Positions 24,063-34,232 of a stretch of 64,000 nucleotides of DNA are shown in pieces (the first letter of the stretch is position 1; every line of letters begins with the position of its first letter). The notes beneath the pieces are model-generated. The model saw only the letters and a program-made list of their open reading frames with translations, did no database searches and was not told the origin of the DNA. Origin of the DNA: an uncultured Bacteroidota bacterium (GTDB taxonomy: Bacteria; Bacteroidota; Bacteroidia; Flavobacteriales; Flavobacteriaceae); assembly GCA_902528705.1 (NCBI GenBank), contig CABZTM010000002.1, positions 1,892-65,891 of the forward strand. Reading direction: 5' to 3'. The position numbers and the translations under genes were made by a program.

Positions 24063-24570
24063 TTTTATAATAGAAAAATGACATAAGGATTAATATCAAA
24101 GTTATAGAAATTAAACTACTAATTGTCGCATTTCTGAGTATGAGTTGTATTTTATAAATTGAAAATATTTCAACAGAATATAAAATGAAATTATGACTAA
24201 AAACAACTAGTGATATATAAGTTAGTTTTTGATAGATTGTAGTATTAATCAAGTAGTCTCTCACCTTTCCAACTTTTCTCATGTCAAAGTTTCCAAATGA
24301 AAAATCAAGTAGGTAAGGTCTTAAATGGCTTGAAATTAATAAGCTAAAAGTTATTATTCCAAAGGAGTTTGAAAATGAGTCTAAAAAAATACCAAATAAA
24401 AAAATTATAGAATAGTATAATGATTTATTAATATTCTGTGGGAATACTAATAAAAATATAATGTATATATCTGCTGATGTACCATAAATAGTTATGTTAT
24501 TAAATACAATTATCTGAGAAAGAAAAATAATAATAAAACGAAAAAAAATAATTGAACTAGTAGATCTCAT
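24052..24570 (-). CDS. mreD: rod shape-determining protein MreD
   Basis: 172-aa polytopic membrane protein between mreC and mrdA. The call is by position and hydrophobicity only. Confidence 0.7.
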   Translation of the reverse strand: MRSTSSIIFFRFIIIFLSQIIVFNNITIYGTSADIYIIFLLVFPQNINKSLYYSIIFLFGIFLDSFSNSFGIITFSLLISSHLRPYLLDFSFGNFDMRKVGKVRDYLINTTIYQKLTYISLVVFSHNFILYSVEIFSIYKIQLILRNATISSLISITLILILMSFFYYKNER

Positions 24571-25366
24571 TATTAATATTTAAATTATCTAATTCGTTCT
24601 TATTGGAATTTGATATTATATATACTGATCTTAACGTTGAAAAGTCCTCAAATAATTCAACATCAATAATAAAATAATTGCTGTTTTCTTTTAGATTAAT
24701 ATTTTTGATTTGACCAATTGGAATATTTTCTTGAAAAATAAATGACATTCCTCCACTAACCACAGAATCATTTATCTTTAAGTTGGCACTTTTTGGAATA
24801 TCGTATAAAGTCATTATTTTATGATTTTTACCGTTCCATTGAAGGCTTCCAAAGTGATTGGTCCTTTTGATTTTTGCATTAATTTTTAAATCGCTATTTA
24901 AAATTGAAATGGCTGTTGAGTATTTTGGAGAAACCTGATTTATAATTCCAACTATACCTTCATTTGTAATTAACCCATTATCTAATTTTACCGAATCATT
25001 ATGTCCTTTATTTATTATCAAAAAATTTTTTGAATATTTAATACTGTTAGAAACAATATCAGCAATTTTAATTTTATATTCTCCGCTGTAATAATTAATG
25101 CTAGAGTCTTTAAATATTGAGTTAAGTTTGATTTTTAGATCTAAGTTTTCCCTTTTCAAATTTGTATTTTCGAACTTTAAGTTTAGGTAGTTATTTATTT
25201 GTTTTGTTTGATTATTAACTGATGAAATAATACCGTTTGAAAAAAAATTGATTTTTGAATTTTGAAAGAAATTACGATTTAATATTAGAGAAAATGAAAT
25301 TATTAAAAAGATTAGAAATACAATTTTATCAAATTTTTCAATAAAAAAATTTATAAAATTACGCAT
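24557..25366 (-). CDS. mreC: rod shape-determining protein MreC
   Basis: N-terminal TM segment, a coiled-coil segment (LKFENTNLKRENLDLKIKL) and a beta-rich C-terminal domain with G.VG.V (NEGIVGIINQVS). It lies immediately downstream of mreB. Confidence 0.8.
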   Translation of the reverse strand: MRNFINFFIEKFDKIVFLIFLIISFSLILNRNFFQNSKINFFSNGIISSVNNQTKQINNYLNLKFENTNLKRENLDLKIKLNSIFKDSSINYYSGEYKIKIADIVSNSIKYSKNFLIINKGHNDSVKLDNGLITNEGIVGIINQVSPKYSTAISILNSDLKINAKIKRTNHFGSLQWNGKNHKIMTLYDIPKSANLKINDSVVSGGMSFIFQENIPIGQIKNINLKENSNYFIIDVELFEDFSTLRSVYIISNSNKNELDNLNINNEIY

Positions 25367-25371
25367 TAAAT

Positions 25372-26400
25372 TTACTTGACTAACACGCTTTTATAGCGCT
25401 CTATATTTTTAAGAGTGATTCCAGTTCCTCTGACTACAGCTCTTAAAGGATCTTCGGCAATAAATACTGGAAGATCTGTTTTTTTTGAAATTCTTTTATC
25501 AAGTCCTCTTAACATTGATCCACCGCCAGCTAAATAAATACCTGTATTGTAAATATCAGCTGCAAGCTCAGGAGGTGTTTGTGATAATGTTTCCATGACA
25601 GACTCTTCTATTCTAATAATTGATTTATCAAGTGCCTTTGCAATTTCTCTGTATCCAATGGAAATCTCTTTTGGTTTTCCGGAAAGTAGATCTCTTCCTT
25701 GAACTAGCATATCCTCGGGCGGATTATCTAATTCATCTAATGCAGAGCCAATATTAATTTTAATTTTCTCTGCAGTTCTGTCACCAATAGATAGGTTGTG
25801 TTGTGTTCTCATGTAATAAACTATGTCTTCAGTAAAGACGTCGCCTGCAATCTTAACTGATTTATCACAAACGATCCCAGCTAATGCAATAACAGCTATT
25901 TCTGTTGTTCCACCTCCAATATCAATAATCATATTTCCTTTTGGTTGCATTATATCAACACCAATTCCAATTGCAGCAGCCATGGGTTCGTGAATTAGAT
26001 AAACTTCTTTTCCGTTAACTCTTTCAGCAGACTCTCTAACAGCCCTCATCTCGACTTCAGTTATTCCGGAGGGAATACATATAACCATTTTTAGCGCTGG
26101 CGAATAAAATTTTTTATTCAGTGTAGGTATACTCTTAATTAATTGACCAATCATCTGTTCTGATGCATTAAAATCGGCAATTACCCCATCCTTAAGAGGT
26201 CTAACAGTTTCAATATTTTTATGAGTTTTACCATGCATCATATTGGCTTCTTTACCAACAGCTATTATTTTACCACTTTTTTGATCTATAGCAACAATAG
26301 ATGGACTATCAACAACAACTTTATCATTGTGAATGATTAAAGTATTTGCAGTGCCTAAATCTATTGCTATTGCTTCAGTCCAAAAATCAAAAAAACTCAT
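25372..26400 (-). CDS. mreB: rod shape-determining protein MreB
   Basis: IAIDLGTANTLI, IDIGGGTTEIAVI and LAGGGSMLRGLDK are the actin-fold phosphate and adenosine motifs. Confidence 0.97.
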   Translation of the reverse strand: MSFFDFWTEAIAIDLGTANTLIIHNDKVVVDSPSIVAIDQKSGKIIAVGKEANMMHGKTHKNIETVRPLKDGVIADFNASEQMIGQLIKSIPTLNKKFYSPALKMVICIPSGITEVEMRAVRESAERVNGKEVYLIHEPMAAAIGIGVDIMQPKGNMIIDIGGGTTEIAVIALAGIVCDKSVKIAGDVFTEDIVYYMRTQHNLSIGDRTAEKIKINIGSALDELDNPPEDMLVQGRDLLSGKPKEISIGYREIAKALDKSIIRIEESVMETLSQTPPELAADIYNTGIYLAGGGSMLRGLDKRISKKTDLPVFIAEDPLRAVVRGTGITLKNIERYKSVLVK

Positions 26401-26430
26401 TATTTTGTAATTTAATTAAAGTTAACAAAA

Positions 26431-27936
26431 TTAATGTTTAAAGTGTCTATTTCCTGTCATTACCATTGACATATCGTTGTTATTGCAAAATTCTACTGTC
26501 AGGTTATCTTTAATTGAACCTCCAGGCTGAATAACAGATTTAATACCACTTTTGTTTGCAATCTCTACACAATCTGGAAATGGGAAGAATGCATCACTAG
26601 CCATAACTGAACCATCTAAATTAAAATTAAACTTTTTAGCTTTTTCAATCGCCTGATTTAGTGCATCTACTCTGGATGTTTGTCCTGTACCAGATGATAG
26701 TAATTGTAAATTCTTTGCAAGAACAATTGTGTTTGATTTTGTATGTTTACAAATTTTAGAAGCAAAAATGAGATCTGTTAATTCAACTTTGTTGGGTCTG
26801 GTTTCTGTAACATACTTTAAGTCATCAACTTTGTCAGTAATGTAATCTCTATCTTGAATCAGAGTACCATTAAGGCATGTCCTGAAAGTTTTATCATTAA
26901 ATTTTTTTCTTTTTATTTTGAGAATAATTCTATTTTTTTTCTCACGCAAAATTTTAATTGCATCATTATCAAATTTTGGAGCCATTACAACTTCATAAAA
27001 TAAGTTTTTTATTTCAATGGCAGTTTCTTTATTTATCTCAGAATTAGAAATTAAAACACCTCCAAATGCAGAAACTGGGTCACCAGAAAGTGCATCTATA
27101 TAAGCATCTTTTATATTCTTTCTTGATGCAACACCACACGCATTATTGTGTTTCAATATTGCAAAAGTTGGTATGTCATCCCAAAATTCTAACATTAAAT
27201 TGTAGCCTGCATCAATATCTAAAAGATTATTATATGATAGATTTTTCCCTGAGATTTTTTCAAAGATTTCATCTAGATTACCATTAAAATAGCCCTCTTG
27301 GTGAGGGTTTTCTCCATACCTCAGCTTAGTTTTTTTCTCAAGCTTTCCATTTTGCAGATAGTTATTAATCTGATTATCATAATTTGATGACAATTTAAAT
27401 GAATTTGTTGCGTATTCCTTCTTTTTACTCAATGAAAAATTACCCTTATTTTGATCAAGATCAATCAAAAATTGCTCATATTGTTCAATTGAGGAAACAC
27501 AAACTACATCTTTATAATTTTTTGCAGCAGCTCTGATTAGTGAAATTCCACCAATGTCAATTTTTTCAATTATTTCTTGATGTGATTTTGAACTATTAAC
27601 AGTTTCTTCAAATGGATATAAATCTACTATAACATAGTCAATGTTAGGAATATCTAAATTATCACGTTCAGCAATATCGTTATCAAAGTGTCTTCGATAT
27701 AAAATCCCACCAAATATTTTTGGATGTAAGGTTTTAACTCTACCACCTAAAATAGATGGGTAATTTGTTAAATCTTCTACTTTTTCTGTTTTTATACCTA
27801 GGTTGTTTAAGTATTTTTCTGTGCCACCAGTTGAAAGTATTTTTACTTTCAAACTAGCGAGTTTACTAGCTATCTTATCAATTCCATCTTTGTTAAATAC
27901 TGAAATTAATGCTGACTTTTGAATTCGATTTGACAT
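26431..27936 (-). CDS. purH: bifunctional AICAR transformylase / IMP cyclohydrolase PurH
   Basis: ALISVFNKDGI, GGRVKTLHPKIFGGIL, DLYPFE, KHNNACGVA and GIKSVIQPGGSIKD...TGNRHFKH are present. Confidence 0.96.
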   Translation of the reverse strand: MSNRIQKSALISVFNKDGIDKIASKLASLKVKILSTGGTEKYLNNLGIKTEKVEDLTNYPSILGGRVKTLHPKIFGGILYRRHFDNDIAERDNLDIPNIDYVIVDLYPFEETVNSSKSHQEIIEKIDIGGISLIRAAAKNYKDVVCVSSIEQYEQFLIDLDQNKGNFSLSKKKEYATNSFKLSSNYDNQINNYLQNGKLEKKTKLRYGENPHQEGYFNGNLDEIFEKISGKNLSYNNLLDIDAGYNLMLEFWDDIPTFAILKHNNACGVASRKNIKDAYIDALSGDPVSAFGGVLISNSEINKETAIEIKNLFYEVVMAPKFDNDAIKILREKKNRIILKIKRKKFNDKTFRTCLNGTLIQDRDYITDKVDDLKYVTETRPNKVELTDLIFASKICKHTKSNTIVLAKNLQLLSSGTGQTSRVDALNQAIEKAKKFNFNLDGSVMASDAFFPFPDCVEIANKSGIKSVIQPGGSIKDNLTVEFCNNNDMSMVMTGNRHFKH

Positions 27937-27967
27937 TTGACGTAAGTCTGTAAATGTAATATATTTT

Positions 27968-28003
27968 AAAAAAAAAAAAGCTACAAAATTTGTAGCTTTT
28001 TTT
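27968..28003 (-). terminator. rho-independent (bidirectional-looking) terminator after groEL
   Basis: Perfect 9-bp stem AGCTACAAA (27979-27987) / TTTGTAGCT (27989-27997). It is flanked by an A12 run on one side and a T6 run on the other, and lies 17-25 nt downstream of the groEL stop. Confidence 0.85.
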
Positions 28004-28019
28004 AGTGCATAATTTGTAA

Positions 28020-29654
<1,635 letters not shown>

Positions 29655-29668
29655 TTATATTTTAAATG

Positions 29669-29947
29669 TTAAACGATAGCGAGAATATCACTTTCTCTCA
29701 TTATTAAATAATCTTTACCATCTAGTTTTAATTCTGTACCAGAATACTTACCATACAAAACTGTCATACCCTGTTTTAGTGTCACAGGATTTTCTTTTGT
29801 ACCAGGCCCAACAGAAACAATATTACCTTTCTGTGGTTTTTCTTTTGCAGTATCAGGAATTATTATTCCTGACGCAGTTTTAGTTTCAGCCTCAAGCGGT
29901 TCTACAAGAACTCGATCAGCTAAGGGTTTAATATTTAATTTACTCAT
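29669..29947 (-). CDS. groS: co-chaperonin GroES
   Basis: [40 protein letters not shown]; 92 aa. Confidence 0.98.
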   Translation of the reverse strand: MSKLNIKPLADRVLVEPLEAETKTASGIIIPDTAKEKPQKGNIVSVGPGTKENPVTLKQGMTVLYGKYSGTELKLDGKDYLIMRESDILAIV

Positions 29948-30039
29948 TTTTTAAATTTATTTATTTTTTTCATCAATCATGCCAATTTATAAAACGTGTC
30001 AAATCAACAAAAATTGTTGACAATTATGACAGCTTGACA

Positions 30040-30366
30040 TCATTCTTCTAATGTAGAATTCTCTTCCGAATTTTCTAAAATTTCTTCAATATCTAATTGT
30101 TCTTGGTTCTGAATCAAATCAGATTCAAAATTATCATTTTCCGAATTTAATGTTATGTTGGAAAATAGTATAAGGATTAGTATGAAGGATGAAAGTATCC
30201 ATGTAGTTTTATCAAGAAAATCTGTTGTTTTTTTAACCCCACCTATTTGTTGAGTATCACCTCCAAAAGAAGAAGATAATCCACCTCCTTTTGGATTTTG
30301 AACCATGATGATTAAAATCAACAAAAAAGATAAAATTAGAATCAGAACAAGAATTATATTAAACAT
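30040..30366 (-). CDS. secG: preprotein translocase subunit SecG
   Basis: Two TM helices separated by the Gly-rich loop QNPKGGGLSSSFGG, which is typical of SecG. Confidence 0.85.
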   Translation of the reverse strand: MFNIILVLILILSFLLILIIMVQNPKGGGLSSSFGGDTQQIGGVKKTTDFLDKTTWILSSFILILILFSNITLNSENDNFESDLIQNQEQLDIEEILENSEENSTLEE

Positions 30367-30961
30367 TATTCAACTTTTTTTTTAAAAAAATTATTTGGTT
30401 TGCAAATAAACTGATTTTTTCTGGATATTTCAAACTCAAAATTTCATAAGCTTTCAAAGCTTCTTTAAATTTTTTCTGTTCTATATACAGCTCAGCCAGA
30501 GTTTCAGTCATGTAATCTTCTTTTTTAATTTTTTTAACTTTTGTTTTTCTCTTACTAAAGTCTTTAAATAAATCAAAAGGTATGTCTGGTTTAGAATTTA
30601 AACCCTCATTTTTAATTAGTGGTTTAGTTGACTTAATCCACTCAATAAAAGATTTTTGGTTATCATGAGACTTTTCTTTCAAATCTTTTAAAATTTCAAA
30701 TTTTTGATTTTCATTTAAAATTCTATTTTGAACTATTTCGTATAGATAATTCCTGTCAGAGATTTGTCTTGCACAAATTTCTAGATTTTTTGCATAGTCT
30801 AAAGTGTTATACTTTTTCGATAATATCAAATTAATTATTTTAAAAGGAATAAAAACAGGATATTTTTTTGATAGTTTTTTAAAAAGTTGTAAATCCTTTT
30901 TTTCTAAACTTTTAATGTTGTCAAGTTTTTTTAAAATTTCAGTCCTTGAATTATCTACCAT
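30359..30961 (-). CDS. hypothetical protein with a single C-terminal TPR-like helix pair
   Basis: 200 aa and K/E-rich. LAELYIEQKKFKEALKAYEILSLKYPEK resembles one TPR unit. It overlaps both neighbours (7 and 8 nt). Confidence 0.5.
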   Translation of the reverse strand: MVDNSRTEILKKLDNIKSLEKKDLQLFKKLSKKYPVFIPFKIINLILSKKYNTLDYAKNLEICARQISDRNYLYEIVQNRILNENQKFEILKDLKEKSHDNQKSFIEWIKSTKPLIKNEGLNSKPDIPFDLFKDFSKRKTKVKKIKKEDYMTETLAELYIEQKKFKEALKAYEILSLKYPEKISLFANQIIFLKKKLNNV

Positions 30962-31476
30962 TTTGCTAATGAGGCGTTAAATATATCTTGAGTGATTCTT
31001 TCAAAAATAATTTCATGAGCTTCACTTTTTACACTTATTAATTGTTGTTCAGCAGGAAAGTCGAAATAAAATGAGAATCTCCTTTCAAAATTATCTTCTT
31101 CCTTTTTAAAATTTGAAAATATTAAATTTATGGATATTGTCAACCGATTTTGAGCGGCATCAAGGTTTGCAGTAGCAGTCATAGGACTAACCCTGTATTC
31201 AATAATCTCTCCCTCATAAATCAAATCTCCGTTACTTTGAACCATTTCCAAATTAGTTTGGTTTTCAAGTATATTTTGTAATGCGATAGTAAAGTCTCTG
31301 TCAAGACCTGGTTCAAATATTGACCCTACATTGTTCCCTGAATTATTTTCAAATAGATTTACCTGGAAAGACTCAGTACCCTCTGGAATTGAAGCACCTG
31401 TAAAAGAGTAATTACCACAACTAATAATGAAAATGATTAAAAAAGACGATATAAATAATTTACATTTCAATATCAT
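30955..31476 (-). CDS. LptE-like lipoprotein (LPS assembly)
   Basis: Preferred start MILKCKLFISSFLIIFIISCGNYSFTG at 31476; the track start at 31509 is in frame upstream. The lipobox is followed by YSFTG and VNLFENNS, as in Bacteroidota LptE family proteins. Confidence 0.6.
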   Translation of the reverse strand: MILKCKLFISSFLIIFIISCGNYSFTGASIPEGTESFQVNLFENNSGNNVGSIFEPGLDRDFTIALQNILENQTNLEMVQSNGDLIYEGEIIEYRVSPMTATANLDAAQNRLTISINLIFSNFKKEEDNFERRFSFYFDFPAEQQLISVKSEAHEIIFERITQDIFNASLAKW

Positions 31477-32707
31477 ACTGTTTAATTTTTCTGTAAAGTG
31501 TTCTTTCACTTATCCCCAATTCTTTTGCGGCAATTTTTCTTTTTCCATTACTTTTTTCAAGGGCTTTAATTATTAGTTCAATTTCATTGTGCTGAATCGA
31601 TAATGTCTCTTCCTCTAAAACTTCCTCAGCATATGAAAATTTATCAGTATTATTAGAAATATTTTCAGATTGATAAGGCTTTTCACTTTTATCATAAAAA
31701 TCTTCTTTTTTTGAGATTAAATCATTAAAATCATTCAATTTATCTGAATTTGTTTCATCAATATTTAAATATTTAGTAATTCTCTTCAGATCATTTAAAT
31801 CTTTCTTCATATCAAAAAGAATTTTATAAAGAATTTCTCTTTCTGAGCTAAAATCACTCTTACCACTTTCCTTGTCTTGAATTAATGCTGGAAGATTAGA
31901 TCTTGGTTCAGGTAAATAAGTGCTTAATAAATTAAAATCAATTGATCTATTTTTTTCCAGTACCGAAAGTTGTTCAGTGATATTTTTCAATTGCCTAATA
32001 TTACCATTCCAAACATAGTTTTTGAGAAGATTTTGTGCCTTTTCATCAAGACGTATTGTTGGCATATTATATTTTTTTGCAAAGTCTGATGCAAATTTTC
32101 TAAAGAGCAATATTATATCATCTTTCCTCCTCCTAAGTGGAGGAATATTAATTTCCACAGTGCTGAGCCTGTAATATAAATCTTCTCTAAATTTTCCCTT
32201 CGAAATTGCTTCGTTCATATTGACATTAGTTGCTGCGACAATTCTGACATTTGTTTTTTGGGCTTTTGATGATCCAACCCTTATAAACTCACCACTTTCA
32301 AGAATTCTTAGTAATCTTACCTGAGTACTCAACGGAAGTTCACCGACCTCATCAAGAAATATTGTTCCTCCATCAGCAACTTCAAAATAACCAGCTCTGT
32401 TTGTTGTTGCACCTGTGAAAGCACCTTTTTCATGACCGAAAAGTTCTGAGTCAATCGTCCCCTCTGGAATTGCCCCACAATTTACAGCTATGTACTTGTT
32501 GTGTTTTCTGTGAGAAAATTGATGAATAATTTTAGGAAATACTTCTTTACCAACCCCACTTTCACCCATAATTAAAACTGTTATGTCGGTGGGTGAAACT
32601 TTTATGGATTTTTCAATTGCCATCATCAGTGAATGATCGTTTCCTATGATTTCAAATCTTTGCTTAATATTTTGTATTTCAGAATTCATAATTTTAACTA
32701 GTTCCAA
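31460..32707 (-). CDS. sigma-54-dependent transcriptional activator lacking any N-terminal sensor or receiver domain
   Basis: The AAA+ core starts by residue ~17. It has Walker A GESGVGKE, the sigma-54 contact loop EKGAFTGA, Walker B GTIFLDEVGE and the R-finger region RVGS. The C-terminal Fis-type HTH is AAKELGISERTLYRKIK. A ~110-aa K/E/D/N-rich linker precedes the HTH. An alternative start MNSEIQ at 32689 is possible. Confidence 0.88.
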   Translation of the reverse strand: MELVKIMNSEIQNIKQRFEIIGNDHSLMMAIEKSIKVSPTDITVLIMGESGVGKEVFPKIIHQFSHRKHNKYIAVNCGAIPEGTIDSELFGHEKGAFTGATTNRAGYFEVADGGTIFLDEVGELPLSTQVRLLRILESGEFIRVGSSKAQKTNVRIVAATNVNMNEAISKGKFREDLYYRLSTVEINIPPLRRRKDDIILLFRKFASDFAKKYNMPTIRLDEKAQNLLKNYVWNGNIRQLKNITEQLSVLEKNRSIDFNLLSTYLPEPRSNLPALIQDKESGKSDFSSEREILYKILFDMKKDLNDLKRITKYLNIDETNSDKLNDFNDLISKKEDFYDKSEKPYQSENISNNTDKFSYAEEVLEEETLSIQHNEIELIIKALEKSNGKRKIAAKELGISERTLYRKIKQYDIEM

Positions 32708-34073
32708 TCAAGGTTGTCGATGTATTATCATTGATTTTAATATTAACAAAATCACCAGGCTTGTGATTTTTTTTAGGGAAAACAACCATTATATTTTGAT
32801 CATTCCTTCCAGACCAGTATTTGTTGGATTTTTTGGATTCTTTTTCTATTAATACCTCACAACTTTTGCCAACATAATTTTTTAAATTCATAAAGCTGTG
32901 TTTTTGCTGTAAATCAATAATTTCTTCAAGTCTTTTTTGCTTAATTTTCTCGGGGACATTATCATCAAATTTTTTATAAGCTGATGTTCCTGGTCTTTGA
33001 GAGTATTTAAACATAAATCCAAAATCGTATTTTACATAATCCATTAACTCTAAAGTCATTTTGTGATCATCATCATTTTCATTTGGAAATCCCGTAATCA
33101 TATCATGTGAAATCCCACAATCGGGTATAATTTTTTTTATGTTACCAATTAGTTTTTTGTAATCACTTACTGTATGTTTCCTGTTCATTAATCTTAAAAT
33201 TTTATCACTTCCCGATTGAACTGGAAGGTGAATATGCTTACAAATATTTTTATGTTTGGCCATAACATTTAAAACATCTTCAGACATGTCTTGAGGGTTA
33301 GATGTTGTAAATCTGATTCTCATATTTTTGAAATTATGAGCTATCAAATTTAGTAGTTTAGAAAATGATAACGAGGATTTTTTTTGCAACTCGCTAGCAT
33401 TTTTAAAATCTTTCTTTAGGCCACCACCATACCACAAATAACTATCAACATTTTGCCCAAGTAATGTTATTTCTTTATAACCATCATTATTTAATTTTAA
33501 AATTTCTTTTATTATACTTTTAGGATCTCTGCTTCTTTCTCTTCCTCTAGTAAATGGCACTACACAAAATGTACACATGTTGTCACAGCCTCTTGTAACA
33601 GACACAAATGCTGAAATTCCATTGCTATCTAATCTTGATGGATCTATATTGTCATACGTTTCATCTTTAGATAGAACTACGTTCACAGCACTATTGCCAA
33701 TCTCAACCTTTTCCAAAAGATTGGGAATGTCTCTGTAGGCGTCAGGACCTACAACTAAATCAACAATTTTCTCCTCAATTAAAAATTTTTCTTTTAGTCT
33801 TTCAGCCATACAACCTAAAACACCAATTTTTAGATTGGTATTTTTCTTCTTCAATTTTTTAAATGATTCAAGTTTTTTTCTAATAGTAATTTCAGCTTTT
33901 TCCCTTATTGAACATGTATTTATTAGTATAAGGTCTGAATTCATGTAATTATCAGATGATTGGTATCCATTACTGTTTAATATGGATGATACAACTTCAG
34001 AATCAGAAAAATTCATCTGACAACCATATGTAATGATTGAATATTTTTTTTTCTTATCAACAGTTGCTAGCAT
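32694..34073 (-). CDS. miaB: tRNA-2-methylthio-N6-dimethylallyladenosine synthase MiaB
   Basis: N-terminal UPF0004 cysteines (YGCQMN...NTCSIRE), the radical-SAM motif CDNMCTFCVVP and a C-terminal TRAM domain are present. Confidence 0.93.
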   Translation of the reverse strand: MLATVDKKKKYSIITYGCQMNFSDSEVVSSILNSNGYQSSDNYMNSDLILINTCSIREKAEITIRKKLESFKKLKKKNTNLKIGVLGCMAERLKEKFLIEEKIVDLVVGPDAYRDIPNLLEKVEIGNSAVNVVLSKDETYDNIDPSRLDSNGISAFVSVTRGCDNMCTFCVVPFTRGRERSRDPKSIIKEILKLNNDGYKEITLLGQNVDSYLWYGGGLKKDFKNASELQKKSSLSFSKLLNLIAHNFKNMRIRFTTSNPQDMSEDVLNVMAKHKNICKHIHLPVQSGSDKILRLMNRKHTVSDYKKLIGNIKKIIPDCGISHDMITGFPNENDDDHKMTLELMDYVKYDFGFMFKYSQRPGTSAYKKFDDNVPEKIKQKRLEEIIDLQQKHSFMNLKNYVGKSCEVLIEKESKKSNKYWSGRNDQNIMVVFPKKNHKPGDFVNIKINDNTSTTLIGTS

Positions 34074-34089
34074 AATTTTAATATGATGG

Positions 34090-34097
34090 CAAATATA
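34090..34097 (-). promoter_or_regulatory. candidate -7 box (TATATTTG on the minus strand) for miaB
   Basis: The plus-strand sequence CAAATATA lies 17 nt upstream of the miaB ATG and is a perfect TAnnTTTG match. Confidence 0.4.
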
Positions 34098-34206
34098 AAA
34101 AAACCTGACAAATTGTCGTGTTTTTTAAATTTTTGATTTCAATTTATTTTTTCAATTGGCACAAGACTTGATTAATTGTGATTCGTAAGCATTAAAAAAA
34201 AACGTA

Positions 34207-34214
34207 TACATTTG
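34207..34214 (+). promoter_or_regulatory. candidate -7 box (TACATTTG) for topA
   Basis: Perfect TAnnTTTG match 18 nt upstream of the topA ATG at 34233. Confidence 0.45.
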
Positions 34215-34232
34215 TCAACCTAATTTTCAGAA

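Noticed and set aside
29948-30039. Searched the groES upstream region for a CIRCE (HrcA) operator
   Set aside because: No TTAGCACTC-N9-GAGTGCTAA-like inverted repeat is present. Only the TGTCAA/TTGACA cluster, reported as a finding, was seen.
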